IMG/VR virus record: IMGVR_UViG_3300044801_000208
Span: 33,809 to 97,808 of that record
Origin: a virus
DNA length: 64,000 nt
Direction: 5' to 3' (one strand)
Part shown: piece by piece, positions 60,826-64,000 of the stretch
How the letters are laid out: each line of letters starts with the position of its first letter
Position numbering within the stretch: position 1 is the first letter of the stretch
Notes under the pieces: generated by a model
Told to the model about the DNA's origin: nothing
Seen by the model: only the letters and a program-made list of their open reading frames with translations
The model's database searches: none
Translations under genes and position numbers: made by a program

Positions 60826-63073
60826 AAATTTTCAGGCCTGGAGCGAGTTCTCTTTGGATATTGAGGGGCTCACGATCCTGACCGGCCCGTCCGACACGGG
60901 CAAGTGCCTAGCCCCCGGCACGCCCGTGCTCATGTATGACGGTTCCATCAAGCTGGCTGATGGCATCCTCCTCGGCGACCTGCTGATGGGGTCTGACTCC
61001 AAGCCGCGTCGTGTTCTGTCCCTGGCACATGGCTGGGGAGAGATGTATGAAGTTATCCCCAAAAAGGGAGACTCTTACAAGGTCAACGGACCTCATGTCC
61101 TGTCCCTGGTCAGAACCGCCGCAGGCGTGCGGTGGAGAAGCGGGAAGCGAACTGACGGCCCGAAAACTAGGCTGGACAACGCCATCGTCAACCTGTCCGT
61201 ACAGGACTACCTCCGCAAAAGTCAGTCATTCAAACGCGTTGCGAAGGGTTATCGGGTGGGGGTGGACTTCCCTGAGCAACCCGTGGCGGTAGACCCATAC
61301 TTCTTTGGCTTGTGGCTAGGCGACGGAAGGTCTAATAGGCCGGAGATAACAAGCGATGATGTAGAGGTCGTTGAGGCGGTTTACGCGACGGCGGCCGCGG
61401 CAGGGCTAGAAGTCTCTATGTACGGCGCTGATAACGACAAAACCGCGTCGTGGCACATTAACACGGGAATTAGAGGGAGCAGACAGAATTCCGTGCTCAC
61501 GGGTCTGCGCGGTCTGGGTGTCATAGGAAACAAGCATATCCCGCTTCCGTACAAGGCAAATAGCCGCAGGAACAGGCTGGAACTTTTAGCGGGCCTCATG
61601 GATTCAGACGGAAGCCTGGACGCTTCTAATAACTATGACTTCGTGTCCAAGGTCGAACGCCTCGCCGCCGACGTCTGTTTTACAGCTCGTTCTCTGGGTT
61701 TAGCCGCCTACATGAAGCCCTGCGAGAAGACCTGCACCAACGGCAAGAATGGCCCCGCGACGGGGCGGTACTACCGGGTCTGCATATCCGGTGACATTAA
61801 GTCCATCCCCGTGCGCGTGGCGCGGAAACTGGCCGCACCAAGGCGGTCCAAAAGGAACGTCTTACGCACCGGGATAACGGTCCGCCCTGCGGGATACGGA
61901 GAATACTTCGGCTTCGAGATAGGCGGCGACGGGCTGTTCCTGCTGGGGGACTTCACCGTGACGCACAACAGCGCCCTGTTCCGCGCCCTCAAGGGCGTCC
62001 TCCGCAACGAGCTACCCGCCGAGTGGGTGCGCGACGGGCAGGACGAGCCGATGGAGGTCACCGTCGAGGCCGGGGGCTACAGGATCGCGGCGTCCCGCTC
62101 CCGCAAGGGCTCCACGAAGTACGAGGTCACGCCGGGGGTCACCGACCCGACCGACAAGTACGCCGCGCTGGCGGGCGGCGTCCCGGACGTCGTCAAGGGG
62201 CTGAAGTACGGCGAGGTCACGATAGGCACGTTCGACGTCGACCCTCTCTTCGGCAGGCAGAACTCCGCGCAGTTCCTCATCGACCCCGAGACCTTCAAGC
62301 CAGCCGAGGTGAACGCCATACTGGGCGCGTTCGGCGGCACCGAGAAGCTGGAGCGCGGCAAGAAGGAGGCCAACCTCCGCAAGACCCAGAAGGACGCCGA
62401 GGCCAGGAGCCTGGCCGAGCAGATACGGGGCGCGGAGGAGCGCAAGGCGTCCCTCGCCGGGATGCAGGCGGAGGGGCAGGCGCTCAGCGCCGCCCTGCAC
62501 GGGCTGGAGGGAGCCATCCGCAGCCTGGAGACCGAGACCTACTGGCTGGGCGCTGCGTCAGGTTATCGTCAGAGGATCGTCCCGTTGCGTCAGATTATGG
62601 ACGCTCTCATTCTGCCGGACACGACCGGGCTGGAGCAGCTCAACAGCCTCTCCCTGTACGCGGAGCAGGCGGCGGACGCGTCAGCCTACGCCAGGTGGCT
62701 CGCCAAGCCCCTGTCGACCGTTTCTAGCGCCATGGAGGACTGGGCGTGGGTCAGGGGCACCTGGAACACGATCGCCGCCCTGGAGGGCGCTGTGGAGGCG
62801 GGAAGGCACGTCGTGGCGACGGACGGGCTCAGGAGCTCGCTCACGGACGCCGAGCGGACGTATTCCGAGGCGGTCAGGCTGTGGAACAGTATTAGCAGGC
62901 TAGAAGTCCTCTCCTCGCTGCTGGGGGAACTCAAGGGTTCGGCCGACAGACTGGCCGGGGTCGAGGCGGAACTCTCAGCGGCGCAGGCGGAGCTCAAGAA
63001 GGGGCTATGCCCCAAGTGCGGTTTTGACGGAGTATGCCCTAATTGCGGAAATCGACTGTCAAACCCCCAGTAG
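60809..63073 (+). CDS. SbcC/Rad50-like ATPase, N-terminal half only, with intein
   Basis: RNFQ, LTGPSDTGK|SALFRAL, Q-loop (RQ...QFL), coiled coil, terminal CPKCG..CPNCG. Confidence 0.85.
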   Translation: MRLSGRNFQAWSEFSLDIEGLTILTGPSDTGKCLAPGTPVLMYDGSIKLADGILLGDLLMGSDSKPRRVLSLAHGWGEMYEVIPKKGDSYKVNGPHVLSLVRTAAGVRWRSGKRTDGPKTRLDNAIVNLSVQDYLRKSQSFKRVAKGYRVGVDFPEQPVAVDPYFFGLWLGDGRSNRPEITSDDVEVVEAVYATAAAAGLEVSMYGADNDKTASWHINTGIRGSRQNSVLTGLRGLGVIGNKHIPLPYKANSRRNRLELLAGLMDSDGSLDASNNYDFVSKVERLAADVCFTARSLGLAAYMKPCEKTCTNGKNGPATGRYYRVCISGDIKSIPVRVARKLAAPRRSKRNVLRTGITVRPAGYGEYFGFEIGGDGLFLLGDFTVTHNSALFRALKGVLRNELPAEWVRDGQDEPMEVTVEAGGYRIAASRSRKGSTKYEVTPGVTDPTDKYAALAGGVPDVVKGLKYGEVTIGTFDVDPLFGRQNSAQFLIDPETFKPAEVNAILGAFGGTEKLERGKKEANLRKTQKDAEARSLAEQIRGAEERKASLAGMQAEGQALSAALHGLEGAIRSLETETYWLGAASGYRQRIVPLRQIMDALILPDTTGLEQLNSLSLYAEQAADASAYARWLAKPLSTVSSAMEDWAWVRGTWNTIAALEGAVEAGRHVVATDGLRSSLTDAERTYSEAVRLWNSISRLEVLSSLLGELKGSADRLAGVEAELSAAQAELKKGLCPKCGFDGVCPNCGNRLSNPQ
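60905..61969 (+). mobile_element. SbcC intein (in Walker A), LAGLIDADG
   Basis: CLAPGTPV...FGLWLGDG...LAGLMDSDG...VTHN|S. Confidence 0.92.
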
Positions 63074-63082
63074 AGGTTTGAT

Positions 63083-63850
63083 ATGCCGTACCGAGATTCC
63101 GAGCAAAAAACGCTAACCAAAGAAAGCACGCAAGAGCACGACGAGAACGAAAAATCGAGGCAGGTGAATGTATCCGCTGTAAACGACCTGCCCGGCGGGG
63201 TAAAACTCTATGTGCGAAGCACGCAAAATACGCGCACGAGTATAGGCCAAATGCGCTCTGAAAATCAAATCATTCGGGTGAATGTTTCAATGGTGTCCTT
63301 AAAGTGGGGTGATGTCCTTTCGACTCTTCTCCCCGGTGCATTGGCACTATTTGCCGTCACAGGCTTTTTCCCGCCACTCGATGCTCGGATTCACAACATC
63401 GAACAAGTCGGGACTACCCTTGGAATCATTCTTTTGATGGGTGCTGCCTTGGCTGGCGGAATACTTGAGGCTTTCACCCGTGTCGTTTGGGAGCGATACT
63501 GGCTAATCCCTAACTGTAAGCCGATAGATGCACTGAAAAATCTCAGAGCGGATAATCTTGAACTGTACGAGCGCGGCGTTCAAAGCTCCTATAAATATGT
63601 GACGTTTTATGCTAATTTCGCATGGGCAATTGGAATCCTGATCCTTAGCCGCCTTCATAAAGGCGATAGCCCATGCTCTGCTCTCCTTTGGATTTTAGTA
63701 ATTATCATGTTGATTCTTCTACGGGGATCGCATATACAGTGGACTTATTTTGTAAACTACCTCAACAAAATTTTCGGTGAAAGGAGCGATGATGCTGAAA
63801 AACGATCCACCTCCGGGGACACAAGTCAGATTCACAAGACAGTTTCGTAA
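63083..63850 (+). CDS. AT-rich membrane protein (true start perhaps near 63290)
   Basis: About four hydrophobic segments; composition differs from core genes. Confidence 0.6.
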   Translation: MPYRDSEQKTLTKESTQEHDENEKSRQVNVSAVNDLPGGVKLYVRSTQNTRTSIGQMRSENQIIRVNVSMVSLKWGDVLSTLLPGALALFAVTGFFPPLDARIHNIEQVGTTLGIILLMGAALAGGILEAFTRVVWERYWLIPNCKPIDALKNLRADNLELYERGVQSSYKYVTFYANFAWAIGILILSRLHKGDSPCSALLWILVIIMLILLRGSHIQWTYFVNYLNKIFGERSDDAEKRSTSGDTSQIHKTVS

Positions 63851-64000
63851 GATCGCAGCTCGTGAGATCGCAACAGTAGTGTCCGGCTAAAATCTCGCCG
63901 TCGTTCATAACCAACACATAATAAACAGGATGCGGAATCGTTTGCATTTTTCGATTTGAATTGTTTTTGCGCCAACTGGCCGCCGAACCGGCACAGCTGT

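Noticed and set aside
1-64000. Genome-wide TAG recoding
   Set aside because: Only two in-frame ambers were seen (one at a Trp site in a decayed HNH gene). Long genes are uninterrupted, several end naturally in TAG, and there is no suppressor tRNA in the window.
1-64000. Many long antisense or alternate-frame ORFs in the track (for example 764-1732+, 11638-13335+, 52204-53703-)
   Set aside because: Shadow ORFs of GC3-biased genes, with R/G/A/V-rich composition and no recognisable motifs.

Overview
A 64-kb slice of a large (jumbo-type), GC-rich tailed phage genome. No CRISPR array or rRNA is visible. 1-14.6 kb (- strand): baseplate/tail genes with a tape measure protein. 15-35 kb (mostly -): small accessory genes, an RNA operon (12 tRNAs, a bacterial type-A RNase P RNA and several unclassified or tRNA-like structured RNAs), an ECF sigma factor, a class II ribonucleotide reductase with three inteins, a TnpB element, a replication-initiator-like gene and a primase-helicase. 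35-64 kb (mostly +): DinG-like helicase (2 inteins), HU, SSB-like protein, DEDD exonuclease, secreted/lipoprotein/protease genes, RuvC-like protein, RecA and a half-length SbcC/Rad50 with an intein. About 15 free-standing HNH/GIY-YIG/EndoVII endonuclease genes and many deletion or duplication scars are scattered throughout. Best candidate for a new system: the tRNA/RNase P operon is headed by a leader peptide with mutually exclusive antiterminator and terminator hairpins, and its control codons (Val, Ala, Cys, Gly, Glu, Asp) are exactly the six amino acids of the downstream tRNAs. Other highlights are a circularly permuted tRNA-like RNA, a ~22-kb segment bounded by inverted repeats that splits a glycosylase gene, a GTATT-N7-ATG leaderless promoter motif, and a 67-bp identical patch shared by two diverged inteins. 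All protein calls come from motif recognition by eye; no database searches were run.
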